Assembly (NCBI GenBank): GCA_977016875.1
Contig: CDRNST010000219.1
Span: 434,001 to 498,000 of the forward strand
Source of the DNA: Pavona decussata
Taxonomy: Eukaryota
Reading direction: 5' to 3'
DNA length: 64,000 nucleotides
Position numbers and translations under genes: made by a program. This document shows, one piece after another, positions 11,566 to 23,900 of this stretch (the stretch's first letter is position 1; the number at the start of each line of letters is the position of its first letter). The notes under the pieces were generated by a model. The model searched no databases, was not told the origin of the DNA, and worked only from the letters and a program-made list of their open reading frames with translations.

Positions 11566-11690
11566 CTCAGTGGCTCAAAGGTTAGAGCATCCGATCTAGA
11601 ACACGGAGGGTCGTGGGTTCAAATCCCATCTGGGGCTCAGATTTTTTCTGTGTCCTCTTATGGTCGATTCTTTACATCTCCCTTTATTGC
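11566..11690 (+). mobile_element. tRNA-derived SINE/repeat head
   Basis: A-box-like TGGCTCAAAGGTTAGAGC and B-box GGGTTCAAATCCC (11615-11627); 5' end interrupted by the insertion above. Confidence 0.65.
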
Positions 11691-12294
11691 CGGCTTTCAG
11701 TGTCACGCCATTGCCGTGTGCGTGAAAAAAATATTGCAACCATTCCATGAATGAAGTCAAGAAATTGACATGTTATAGATGATATGTAAATAAGAAACCT
11801 GTCCAAGTGTCAGGTCTGTGCGGTATTCCATACTTGAATTATTTGACAAAATGTTTCACACAATTTTTTTAGAGCTCAGTATGGAGACGCCATGTTGGTG
11901 TTCCTCTGAGGAACACGAACATGGCGGCCGGAAATAGGAAAAAAGATCTGGGGTTCACTTTTGCCAGAAAAGAGGTTTGTTTTCCCTTGTGAATTTCCGA
12001 ATGTTAAGATAAATATTTCTCCTCAAACTTAAATTGTTTAGAATGCTGAAAATCACTCGAAGAGGCATTTTTTTAAAAGATACGGAACAGCCCTGTCACG
12101 GCCGTCCTCTTGATGTCACGCACGATGAAAACTCGGAAATTGAAACTCTTCTATTTTCAAAAGGAAGTACGACATCGAGCTAAGAAATTGTGAAAAGACA
12201 TATTTTTAGGTAATCTTTCCCTGGATGAAGGGAAAAATTTTGTAGGCCTCCCGGTTTTGAATTCTAGAATTTGGTGACGTCATGTGAAAACCGA
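11690..12294. mobile_element. MITE-like non-autonomous DNA element
   Basis: Imperfect TIRs CGGCTTTCAGTGTCACGCCA / TGACGTCATGTGAAAACCG; internal GCCATGTT...AACATGGC palindrome. Confidence 0.55.
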
Positions 12295-12316
12295 GAATTT
12301 CCTTTATAATACTAAC

Positions 12317-12446
12317 NNNNNNNNNNNNNNNNNNNNNNNNNNNNNNNNNNNNNNNNNNNNNNNNNNNNNNNNNNNNNNNNNNNNNNNNNNNNNNNNNNNN
12401 NNNNNNNNNNNNNNNNNNNNNNNNNNNNNNNNNNNNNNNNNNNNNN
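12317..12446. other. Assembly gap
   Basis: Run of N. Confidence 1.
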
Positions 12447-12479
12447 ATAACTTTTCAGTTTACAATTTGTTCTAAAACC

Positions 12480-12770
12480 TTCTGTGGACAGTGTCTAGGC
12501 AACAGTTCCTGGATTGGGAAAAAAATGTGTGTTTCATTGTCTTAATCTGTAGGATTTTTTGGTGATGTCGCAGTTCTGTGATATAATCCACTTCTGACAG
12601 TTTGTTAGTACTTTAGTGATATCTTTCTTGTGGGCTAGATCAGAGAGTTCTTTCTTTAGGGTGATGTTGAAATCTCCCAGAAGGTTAAACACCGCATTGG
12701 TTTGCTTGATCTCGTACTCAGGATAGAGTTTTCGGAGACCCAGTCTTAGATTTAGGTACTTTTCGACCTG
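12480..12770 (-). mobile_element. Probable 3' fragment of a non-LTR retroelement with a restriction-like endonuclease
   Basis: EKYLNLRLGLRKLYPEYEIKQTNAVFNLLG resembles the KY..L...L...Y...LG C-terminus of RLE domains. Confidence 0.45.
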
Positions 12771-12771
12771 A

Positions 12772-13673
12772 TTGATCACAACGTTTCAGTTGATACAGAA
12801 ATTCCTTCGACTAGATATCCCCCGCTGTATTGTGAACTGGGTAGCTGACTTTTTGACCAACAGACAACAGCGCGTTAAACTCTCTAAACAATGTTTCTCA
12901 GAATGGGGTCAAGTTCCAGCAGGTGTACCTCAGGGGACTAAGCTTGGGCCATGGCTCTTCTTACTCATGATTAACGACCTCAGCATTCCTGACTTTCTCA
13001 CTTGGAAATACGTTGACGACACCACTGTTGCGGAAATAGTTCCACGCGGCGCATCTAGTGAGATCCAAAAAGCGGCCGATAAAATAGTGGATTGGTCCAA
13101 GGATCAACGTATGCATCTTAATGAGGACAAATGCAAGGAAATAAGAATTCACTTTAAAAAGAACAAACACAGCCTCGATCCAGTTTCTATTGATGGCAAA
13201 GATCTGTCCGTGGTTGAGAACGCAAAGATCCTCGGCGTCAACATCTCCAACGATCTTAAGTGGAATGACCACGTAGAGCAAGCTATTAAAAAGGCCAACA
13301 AGAGACTGTATCTCCTGGTCCAACTGAGAAGGGCTGGTGTTGGGGCCAAAAGTCTAATAAAATTTTACTGCACGGTTATACGACCTGTTCTGGAGTATGG
13401 CGCCCAAGTGTTCCATCACAACCTTCAAGATTACCTCTGTGAAGACCTTGAGAGGGTTCAGACTAACGGGCTTTGTCCATAATTGCGCCTGATCTCCCAT
13501 ACCAGCTCTGGCTAGATTGTTTTGAATTGGAGAGCTTAAGAGTCCGACGTGAAAGGCTGTGTTGCAAACTAATCAATGAGATATTTGATGAACAACACAA
13601 TCTCCACAGCCTTCTGCCCACAAGACATCATTCATCATACAATCTCAGGCGACAAAGAACTTTTAGCCTGCCA
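12772..13673 (+). mobile_element. LINE (L2/CR1-group) reverse transcriptase fragment, frameshifted
   Basis: FLTNRQQRV, GVPQGTKLGPWLF, YVDD, LGVNISNDLKW, RPVLEYG motifs; frameshift near 13465; runs into an N gap. Confidence 0.92.
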
Positions 13674-13809
13674 NNNNNNNNNNNNNNNNNNNNNNNNNNN
13701 NNNNNNNNNNNNNNNNNNNNNNNNNNNNNNNNNNNNNNNNNNNNNNNNNNNNNNNNNNNNNNNNNNNNNNNNNNNNNNNNNNNNNNNNNNNNNNNNNNNN
13801 NNNNNNNNN
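13674..13809. other. Assembly gap
   Basis: Run of N. Confidence 1.
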
Positions 13810-15796
13810 GTGTGTGCGCAAATTTTTATTGATATGAATAACTATTTATTGTCATACAATTTACAGTGTAGTGCAGACTGAAGTACAGTGTTTATTTTTA
13901 GCATGGGTAATAAGATCTAGCTGGCAAATGGAAGGCTTTAATTCCGTTAAAAGATTGAACGTTTCTGATGTCACGGCTAAAGCTGTTCCATAGTAAGGTG
14001 CAAAGTAGCGAAGTGAACCGAACGTAACTGGCAGCGCAATGAACCAATCAGAACTCGAAGGAAATACAAATAACTGGCGCCAAACGCGGGGAAGCACCTG
14101 CGAGCAAATCACGATTGGTTTTGCTTTTGCTTCTCATTGGTTGAGAAATTGGCGCGAGTTTTGCTGTCCCACTCGACTAAAGCGCGCGAGAGAAACCTCT
14201 GGTCTGGTGGTAAAAAGATGAAAGAACAGTGCTTTATTAAACCTTATTTTTACGGTAACAAAATTTCAAATTCACAGAAAATGAAATTTCTTTGCAAATT
14301 TGATCAACATGTGCGTGACTGAAATCAAATTGCTTCAGTGACCGGTCAGTCTTGAGGCATCTCACGCCTCTTGAATCTATTTATAGAACAAGTTCTAATG
14401 CTTTTTGGCCTCTTCTGACGGAAGCAGTTGATATTATATCCTTTCTTTGTTGAAAACAAGTGACACACCGGAGTCGCGTGCCAACGAGGAAATGTTAGAA
14501 GTAAGAAATAGAAATACATTTTGTTTGAAAATATAGCTTTGGAGGCTTTTAAAAGACCTTTGTGTAAGCTAACATGGTTTCCCTCGGGCCGTCTGTTTAA
14601 GTGAATTTCTCAGGTTTCTTTGACACGTTAACCGATGTTAATAAATTTTAATGTTACAAAAATACCGGACGATTGAGGACTGAAATTTCCGTGTAAAAGT
14701 CAGCAAAATTTATAAACTAAAATTAGTCGTTAACAAAAAGGCATTTTCTCCTGTTGAAGTGACTGTACGTTTTTCTGAGGGGAAACACATCTTGGTTCCG
14801 GCACAGGAAATGTAAAAGGATTGTTCCTGGTTTCCTTTTGTTGCTAAGCACTTCCGACACATGCCTAATATTGCATTTGTATTCAGTTCCTTAAATATTC
14901 TGTTGCCATGCAGTATGAGATAGCACCGCTCATACAGGAACAAGAACTGAATTAAAAAAACAAAACCGCTTACTCCTAGATATTCAATTTGCCTTGTGGT
15001 GTTTGCCTTTTACGATCCGGATGCCTATCATATGCCCTTTCTTTGGTTACTTCATCATTCAGCTTCTTTCAAATTTTTGTTTACAAATTAAAGTTCATTA
15101 AAGTTTAATTCATCTAACGACAGTCACTTGAAAAAATGTGTTTGCAAATGGAATCGCTACTGAAATAATAATGAGAAAAAGAAGGTGTTTTTTCCGGAAG
15201 TAAAAAACCGATCAAACTAGTCACTGTTATTCTTTTAATAAAACGTAATGGGCTATATATAGGTCAAATTCATTTCTTCCTATGCGTGAGATAAATTAGC
15301 ATTACAATTAAATGTCAAAACATGAAGAACAATTAATGGTCACGCGCTTTTACCAATAGGAACAGGACGAATTTTAACGGAACTAAAAATTTTTCAGCAA
15401 ACCGAGACTTCCTTTAAACTATTAATGAATTTTCTTGTTTCCAAATCGCTCTCAAGTTTTCTCAAAATCGTTCTTAGTTGTTGAAAATCAAACCGTGTTT
15501 CGATCGCGTTTGTTACAATGCCCAAACCACTTTATTACGTAGAGTTAAATAGTGTTTTTTCATGCTCGAATAAGCCGTTTCCGTTAATGAATATTTTTCA
15601 CGATCCAGTGGGCACAGTATAAACATGTTTTTAACGCGTGTTTTAAGTTCTCAATTTATTCAATTCTAGCAAAGCCGATCATTAAAAAGAGCCAACTCCC
15701 ACGGCATCAGAACAACCGCATATTTCAGAAGTGAGAACATCCACGTAAAATGGTTAACTATTCTGGGCCACAAGGTTGGGTAAGAAACAAGCTGGT

Positions 15797-15803
15797 TATA
15801 AAA
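15797..15803 (+). promoter_or_regulatory. TATA box candidate for FGF-A
   Basis: TATAAAA about 100 nt upstream of the ATG at 15901. Confidence 0.5.
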
Positions 15804-15900
15804 GGGAACAGCTCTGCAGTGTTGATGGCAAAGCAAATAACCAGCACAAAAGAAAAACATCTCTTGAATCACAGAACTTCTGCTACAACTATCAGTCAAG

Positions 15901-15915
15901 ATGAAGTTACAACTG
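15901..15915 (+). CDS. FGF-A coding exon 1 (MKLQL)
   Basis: ATG...CTG|GTAAGT, phase 0; joined to 16248 it completes the signal peptide MKLQLSLLFPVLLTLGVCHS. Confidence 0.75.
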
Positions 15916-16247
15916 GTAAGTTAGTTGTTATTTATTTATTGTAGATTTTCAAGCTGTTGTTGCTACAATCTGATTATTGGCAATTGAAAGTTGAGCTGGG
16001 AATCCGCAGTTACATTCTGTGAACTTACTAAGCTATTTTCACGTGTTTAAAGCAGCAATTTATAATTCGGTAGGTGCATAGTTGCAGTAAACTGAGCTGG
16101 TGTTCAAACTCGTGCATTTTTTTGTGAAGGAAAATAAGAGAGTTTGCTCTCTGCTGCATCAAATAATTTGTCCGAGTGGAAGAATTGAATTGAGGGATAG
16201 GTTCCACAACTAAATATCAATCTGACTATCTGATTTTCTCTCTGCAG

Positions 16248-16542
16248 AGCTTACTTTTCCCAGTTCTTTTGACTTTGGGCGTTTGTCACTCAGCTGTACT
16301 CAAGGAGAATTCCCAGAATTCACTTGCGTCAACCGATCCTATTGTGGTCTGGAGACTCAAAAATCTGTTCTCAAATCGCCAGCGACGCTCTCATTTCACA
16401 GTAAACTCGCAGATAAGCAGCATCGCGTCAAAAAAGCCGTCCTTTGAAATTGATGTACGTCTTTTCGGCAAGACGCAGATGTTTCTTCAGATCGCTGCTG
16501 ACGGCACAGTCAACGGAACCTCGGACTGCACAAGTGCATACG
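16248..16542 (+). CDS. FGF-A coding exon 2
   Basis: Acceptor TTTTCTCTCTGCAG; encodes ...RQRR...VRLFGKTQMFLQIAADGTVNGT; donor G|GTAAG, phase 1. Confidence 0.9.
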
Positions 16543-17242
16543 GTAAGAGACATTTTCAACCATGCACTTCTTTCAGCATAACCTAGTGGCCAGAGAAATC
16601 AGAAAAACTATCTGATCCGTAAAGTTGGCTTGCAGTCCAATTAAGAAATAGACTAATCAAGAAAATTAAGATGCCTTGCAAAGTTGCCCTAGTCTGGGCC
16701 AGCGCGCGTTTTTCACTCATCAGTTGCCTAAAAGTTTTTAACAAAATCGACAAGAAAATTGATCTCTCTAGTATAATTAGCCAGCGCGGACAAGAGATCA
16801 TGACCGGGGAATTTTTCGGAAGACAACCCGGGTCCAGCCAGTGAGAATTGATCCTCCTCTGGCCATGTGATTTACTCGAGATCAACACAGGGAAATTCTC
16901 GGATCTAGTTTTTCCTTTTAGCTGTTTCAATATTTCAGGAAGTTAATGTTAGTACTTATTCTTGTTTTAATTCTATGGGCGAATCTCATTAGCCACCATT
17001 ATCTAGTCATACACGAATCACGAGGAACGAGAAAAACTCGCGATCTTAATACAGCAGGGAAATCGGCTGCAAAAATAACCTTGAAATTGTGGAGGTTTGT
17101 TGTGCGACCACACGTAAGAATCAACACGACATTTTTGCCAAAATTCTGGAGTTTTCTGACTAGAGTTGGCGAATTTTACCTTGTCATGTGAGGTAACATG
17201 GTCATCAATTATTAACGCTCTTTAACTTCCTTCATATTTTAG

Positions 17243-17346
17243 CCAAACTGCGGTTGCAATCGATGGCGATTGGTCACCAACGTATAAAGGCGACAGAAAC
17301 CGGCCGCTATGTAGCGATGGACAACAAAGGCAATCTGTATTCTACG
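17243..17346 (+). CDS. FGF-A coding exon 3 (104 nt)
   Basis: AKLRLQSMAIGHQRIKATETGRYVAMDNKGNLYST; AG/GT bounded; canonical FGF middle-exon length. Confidence 0.93.
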
Positions 17347-17816
17347 GTAAGATGAATTCTCTTTGAAGCAATCTTGCCTTGTCCAAGTTCGACTGACAAG
17401 CCATGCATGTAGTGCGTTGTTCCAAATAATTGGAAACGTTTTAAGATATTAATTTAATAAGTGAATTAGAAAAATTAATCAGAGTCCGCCCTAAAAACGT
17501 TTTATCGTTTTTGTTTGACGAATTCGATTAAAACACTTCGAAACTGAAATGCCATCAAAATTAAGGGATTTTGCCTTTTTCGTGCACCATCCATCCAATT
17601 AGGGTAATTTTCGGCGTGTTTGGTGCACGTGTCCACAAGACCCTCGCGTTGCCCACATCGTGGCATAATTCGCCATCTCTAACGTTTTAACGGTCAAAAA
17701 GATCTGTCCAAATAAAGATCAGTTTGGAAGGTCAAAATCTTCCATTTATATATTCAGTGAGTCCGCTGGCATTGTAACAACAATAACTTAATGAATATCA
17801 TTCTTTATTTTTCCAG

Positions 17817-18020
17817 ACTTCTCCCAACGACGAAACCATCTTCAAGCAAACAATGCAGAGCGACTCGTTCCACACCTTTGCGTCAGCGAAATACTACAGA
17901 AGAACAATATACGATTCTTTTATATCAATTGGTCGAAATGGTAAGGCAAGGAGTGGAGCAGGGACCAACAGCAGCCAGAATAAAGTCAAGTTTTTAATTT
18001 TCACGGCGGACAGTTGTTAG
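17817..18020 (+). CDS. FGF-A last coding exon (protein 205 aa)
   Basis: TSPNDETIFKQTMQSDSFHTFASAKYYRRTIYDSFISIGRNGKARSG...KVKFLIFTADSC*; acceptor TTTTTCCAG. Confidence 0.9.
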   Translation, partial: TSPNDETIFKQTMQSDSFHTFASAKYYRRTIYDSFISIGRNGKARSGAGTNSSQNKVKFLIFTADSC

Positions 18021-19403
18021 CAAATGCCAGTACCCAATGACATAGGACTTAGTAGGTAGATTTTATGAAGGAATTTTAAATTATGCTTAGTCACCGTAAA
18101 ACAAGCTGTACAACTGATAAAGTTGCTGAATAATTTTCAAGTATTTTTGGCGTGATTCAAGTGAGATAATTTCATCGGTTTTCTAAATTTCCCAGAAAGT
18201 GCTAGCGTCGACTGGCGTTCCCTTTCTCTCTGAAAAAACAAATCGAATTTTGATTAGCTAAGAAAAGGGAAAACCATTATGAAGATAGAAAAACGGTAAA
18301 AGCAATTGTGTCGCATTTGAAGGGAGCTTCCCGCCCTACGAATTTTATTAAGAATCTTCATTATTCCAGCCCCATGAAATGGGAGGCAAATTAGAGAGTT
18401 TTCCTTGGATTGCAAGGTGTGTGTGAATTACCGTAGTAGAGTAGATATATTTTTAAAAGCCAAGCGTCAAAAATTCTTGAATAATTTTGCGTGCCCCACT
18501 CTAATAAATTAAGTACAAAGTGTGTTTAAAATTGAGCCGGCTAAAAGGTTTTTAATTTATAACGTCTACTTTTCATAGTAAATGTTTATAATTAATTAAG
18601 CTGTTTCGAAAATGGCTTATGTCGTATGCTTTACACGTAAAGTACGATAAATTCCAGTTCCTTATATTTAAGGATAAATGTTATTGATATATATCAATAT
18701 TTATTTTGGAATGAAAAGAAGAAGTTTATTTAATAGGAATACGGTTGAAATTAGACACTGTGTGTGAATAATTCAGCGCAACTAGTATCATATTTATTCA
18801 TAATTTAAGCTTGAGTGCCTGAAATGAAATAAAAAAACAGTTGAAAAAGAAGAATAGTGTTAGATTGTTAGTACTGTAAACCAGGGTTCGGTTGCAAGCA
18901 CCGATACAATTTTCTGGGGTGGGGTGGGGTGGAGAAAAGGGGGAGACATATCAAAAAAAATATGGCCTCGAAACGATTTGAAAAAAAAAAAGAACACACA
19001 CACAGACGTTAAAAAGATTACCAGCCAAAAAAAACTATTAATTAAATGCGAAACAGTAGCCAACTTTTCTTTCCTATTTTCTCCGTTTGAGAAAGAACAA
19101 GCGAATTGTAGCGGACAAGCAGACGAGTAGCTGGGGAGAAGTGGGCCTGTTCGGATAGAGCCAACGTCCTCCTCCGTATGTAGTGGAAGATTTACCATTC
19201 ACGAAATGTCGACAGAAACACGTGGTCTATTCTCGGTTCTCTCTCACCGGTTCTAACCGTTTCTGGTCATGTACACGTCATGTACGCGATCCTAAAAGTG
19301 TCCTACTACTCTTACCCACAAACGTTATTAAACACACATATACTTACAAGGTCCTTCTAATAGGTGATTAAAGAAGCAGAGACCGATACAACGTAGAATT
19401 ACG

Positions 19404-19590
19404 TTTTAGAGGTTACTATAGTTGTACCTAAAGAAGGCTGGTTTGGCCAGCCGAAATATAGTAACCTCTAAAACCGTTGTGTCGATCTCTGTTTCTCTTA
19501 TCATTTGTATTTGTTAAGCCGATCAGATCAACAATTGATCCAACATATACCAGCAGGATTATCGTTCACGGTTGTTGCTTAGACTTTACT
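19404..19590 (+). mobile_element. Penelope-derived terminal fragment with a mutated hammerhead motif
   Basis: Inverted repeat 19404-19420 / 19457-19473; core CTAAAGA-A-GGCTGG..CCAGCC-GAAA-TATA. Confidence 0.55.
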
Positions 19591-19919
19591 TCTAATAGGC
19601 CATCTAACTGTGAACAAAATAATTTCATACTCTACTTAGTACTTAAATTCCTCATTCCCTTAATATGAAATCTTTCACAGGTTCAAATAGACAATGACAA
19701 AACGTAAGGGCATAATGCGAGTTGCGTGTAGAATTGTAAGGCTGGGTAACAATTCGATGTTTTACTGTATAGTATAACTGTACAGAATCGACGGTATTTG
19801 AAGAGGGCACGCAAAGCACGACTTCGGGTTTCAACTTTGTCAGTGCAACATTAATTTGTACAACATTGTTTGTGTATCTGCCATTATACAGTCTGAAAGT
19901 ATTGCCAGTATCAGATCAG

Positions 19920-20158
19920 GGGCCCGTTTCTCGAAAGTCCCGGTAAATTACCGGGCCCGATAAGCAGATTTTTAAACCTTTTTTCGCCGATTACACAGTG
20001 ATTACAGACATGGTACTTGGCCAATGTTTTCATAGAATTATAGGATTTTAAAATTTAGTATTCAAAGCTAACAAAAATTGACTTCTGTTAAGAAACATTT
20101 ATCACCAAACACACTTATCGGGCCCGGTAAGTTACCGGGACTTTCGAGAAACGGGCCC
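19920..20158. mobile_element. PIF/Harbinger-like MITE
   Basis: TIRs GGGCCCGTTTCTCGAAAGTCCCGGTAA / TTACCGGGACTTTCGAGAAACGGGCCC; 3-bp TSD CAG. Confidence 0.85.
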
Positions 20159-20817
20159 CAGAACCCCTAACGAAATTGTATGAACCCCGGCATTGAGGCA
20201 CGTTCATGGCACATAAATGTTATACATTGTTTTCTTGTGAATTGGCTTAATTTTTTTCGTGCCGGACTCTCCTACTCTTGACTCCGATGACTTGTCTCTT
20301 CATTGTGAACAGCTAAGCGTCCCCCATTAGCTGGCCTTTTCTCCCTTGCTTCATTGCCCGCACGAGGATACCGTGACGGTAGCAGACTGATCTAAACCAG
20401 CTGTGAACACCTAAGGAACTACACTTCTTTGCGCTTACCCGCCCTCAAAAATTCCGGTTTGCGGTTAAAAAAAAAGTCATTTGTATATTATTTCGGACGG
20501 TGATACTATATTAAGCGACCGCTATATTTGCAGGAAAAAAAATAAATAAAAAAAAACTATGTTTGCGCAATCGGATTGAGGGGAATTTTTATTTCATTCT
20601 ATTTTGCAAACATTAATAACAAACTAAATTATTAATGACAATAACTATAAACAGGAAAAAGACCATTCATACATGGAATAAAGTGCTTTTCTTTGCTCCC
20701 AGATCCGACCAAGGTCGCCAACAGGGATTGTATATCATCGATTTCAGTTTTTTGAAGAGACCTTCTTCTGCATTTTACTACGTTTTATTATGCCACCCAG
20801 ATTTCGAAGTAAATCTA

Positions 20818-20995
20818 CAGTGAAATACCGATTTTTCCACCTCTTGGGGAAACTGAAGTTAGTTTGAAAAATCGGAAGTTCCGAAAATCGGGGGTAAAAA
20901 TCTGACTGAAGTAAATCCAAGGGAGGCAACTTTTGGTTCGAAGAATCGGGGAGCCTTCGAGACATTAAATCGAGGGTTCGAATCAGATTCCACTG
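20818..20995. mobile_element. Tc1/mariner-type MITE
   Basis: TA|CAGTG...CACTG|TA ends with imperfect TIRs. Confidence 0.6.
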
Positions 20996-23900
20996 TAATT
21001 AGAGTTGATATAAAGTGATGCCGATTCTTCATTGCATTGCGCCATTGTTTTGATAAAAATCAAATTGGCTTCCGTTTTGAAAAGCTCTTTGGATATTCCG
21101 AAATTTCAGTCATGATGAAAAATGAAAAGAAAATTTGCATACATCTCAGACAAGTTAAAGTATCTCCCAGTGTAGTAAAGAAATTTACACGTAGCACTAA
21201 AAACTTGAAGAGCTATTCCAAGGTATCCTTTCAAAATTGCTAGTTGGACATGATGGAGAGGGGAAAATTTTGATAATAAAAATTGGCCTTTTTAAGCTGA
21301 CTATGCAACGAAAATTTAGCGATAAATCAGACGAGCAGTTCGATTACTGTATTTATTTAACAATTCCAAAAATCTAATTAGAATTCTATGTTCCTTCAAA
21401 AACGAATGCAAAGGATGACTCGAAAACTTGGTATGTATTGCCACCTATCGTTGAATTCAAGATTGCCTTTTGGATGCGAAAACTTGGTGGTTTCAGTCAA
21501 CTATACCTCTTCCCGGCCCCGTACTAAGTCAGAACAAACAGCGGGAAATTCATGGCGGGAATCAGATTTGAGCGACCGTTTTAAACTTCTGCAAATGTTT
21601 TTCTGTATAAAGTTAAAGTCCGAAAAGATTTCAGTTAAACCGAAATAAAATTTTTGATTTATACTGTGAACGTAAAACTGTACAACTGCTCTCTTTTAGC
21701 AATAATTAACATGCACAGCTACATAATAGACTGATCCTTAAATATAATTTTGTCTGTAAATTGTTTTGCTTGGTCACTTAAATTTTCAGTTTATAAAAAT
21801 TTCAGAAATGAAATATTAGGGAAATTAAATGACATCGAATTTTCCGGTTTTTCACAAACATCGCATTTCGATTAAAAAAATTGTTTTATATACAAGCTAC
21901 CGGTGCAATATGATGGAAGGAAAATTAATTGACTTTTGGATGCAACTGGAAAACAGATATACCGAATACCAATACTAATTTATTATTTCTCGAGCGTTTT
22001 ATACTAAGGCTCTAAAACGCTGAACAGAAATATTAACTATAAAATGATTAAAAACTGTGTGTATGTAGAAACTTTTCGTTAGGTTTTCATAATTATTTAC
22101 CAAAGGAATTTTGTCGTTAGCTGATCCTTTTGCAAATTCAACAACCCAGATGAGTATAGCCATTAGGCAAAGACTCGTTTTCCTCCCAAATTTAGCTGAA
22201 GCCATCAGAAATTAATTTGTTTTGGGGCAAATGTCAGGGACAATTTACTAGAAAAGTCGCCCTATTTACGACCGACCAATAGGAGCAGGGCAAGTTTGGG
22301 TTTTTGGCTTCAATTACAAAATGAAGGAAGTTTGCAAGTCAAAACATTACCAAGACACTTTGAAAAATAGCTCCAAACATCATGTTTTTATTTCGCCATC
22401 TGTTGATTTCTGTGGCTTCGAGGGTGGCGGTGCTAGTATAAAATGAGTTGTTATCGTCAAAACGTTGGGAAAATACTCCTAGTTATGTGATCGCTCCTGC
22501 ATGGAGTGAAGGTCAGTGGTTGGGGGTAGTTTTATGAGCGGTAACATCGACATTTTGTTTGTGTGTTAAAGGATTGCCTGTCGTCAGCCTTGACTGGCAA
22601 CCTTTTGATTACCGACAGCAGCTGATTTAACTGTGAACTGCGAAGGTGAGCCAAGATTGCTTTGAACTAGCATTTCTGAACAGTTTTGTAGTTTTTTTGC
22701 TTAGGAAAGTATGGATTGCCCCAGGGAATCTTTGTGATTCATCGGCCAGTGTGGATATTCAAAATGACTATAGTCTCTCGTCGATCGTGGTCTGCATTTT
22801 TTGTTGGCTATGAAGTAAAAAGCTACCTTAAAATGTCTGAAGAAAAAACGTTTTATTAGGAAAGCAGGGGATCTGGATAAATTGGACGAGTAATCTGACC
22901 ATGTATAGATGCCAGGCTTTGTCAACATGTATTCCTCCGCTGGATTATATTTGCCAAAAATTAAAAATTTCGACTGTTTTCCGACCGGGGGAAAAAGTAG
23001 ACGAGGCATCTTTAAATCAATAAATGTTAAGTAATGGTTCGCAAAAACACCCCCACTGATACAAAAGCCAATTTTGGAAAATTCCAATTTAGTTTTCGCA
23101 TATCAATTAGGTTATGTTATCGATCATTTACTGAAAAACTCAATTCGTGTTTCTCCCTGTTTTCTTTTCACGAGAATCGAAAAATGGCACAGCAGTCAAA
23201 AATGTAATTTAAACCTGCTGCCTCCATTCAAGTTTGGAAAATACATATTATCTTAAAGAATATTCAGAGGATCTTCTTTGCGTTAATCTTATCTGATCTA
23301 ATCTAACTTCTGAGATTCATACAGCTGTTTATATTCAGTGAAATTAATTCTTCTTGAGTTCACATATACCGCCGTATGTATACTGAAAACGCTTTCATTA
23401 ACATGTTCGCGCTTTTTCGTTGTTTTAAAAAGGAACCTGAAACATACCTCGAGATAAAGTTTACTAGAGAATTCGGAGTCATACAATTGCGACAAAACTA
23501 GTTCTCGAAATATTAACTTAATAAGGTAACAAGAGGCAGATAAATCTTTGGCCACATCTTCAGTTTTCCACGCGAGACGCGGTTTGTCTGCAAGACGGAA
23601 TCGAATAACGGTGACCGCTTTCACAAAATAATATTACCTTTCTAGCTTAATTCAAATTTCAAAGAGATATTGAAGCTTTTTTACTTTTTCAATAGAATTT
23701 TGGGTTCTTCGTAGCGCTGTTTTTCGCCAAAATAGATTTGTTGGTTTGGAAAAACCTGTAAAAAAAAGTAAAATACAAATGTTAGAAACGCTTTCCAAGT
23801 CTGTGAGAACTTTAGGACTTGAAGTGCTGAGTTATCACTTCAAAAGGAGTTTGAAGACGTTGTAGTTATTAAGGTGATTTGGATGCTAGAGCCATTTCAA

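Larger units (their letters stand above)
1..14805. repeat. Tandem segmental duplication: unit 1 runs from left of the window to 6630, unit 2 is 6631-14805
   Basis: 1-~2545 aligns with 6982-~9598, and ~5650-6630 aligns with ~13852-14805 (both end ...CCGGCACA). The middle parts carry different TE insertions. Confidence 0.9.

Noticed and set aside
11566-11640. Possible tRNA gene
   Set aside because: The 5' end is interrupted by an insertion, the anticodon arm is irregular, and the context is a SINE-like repeat.
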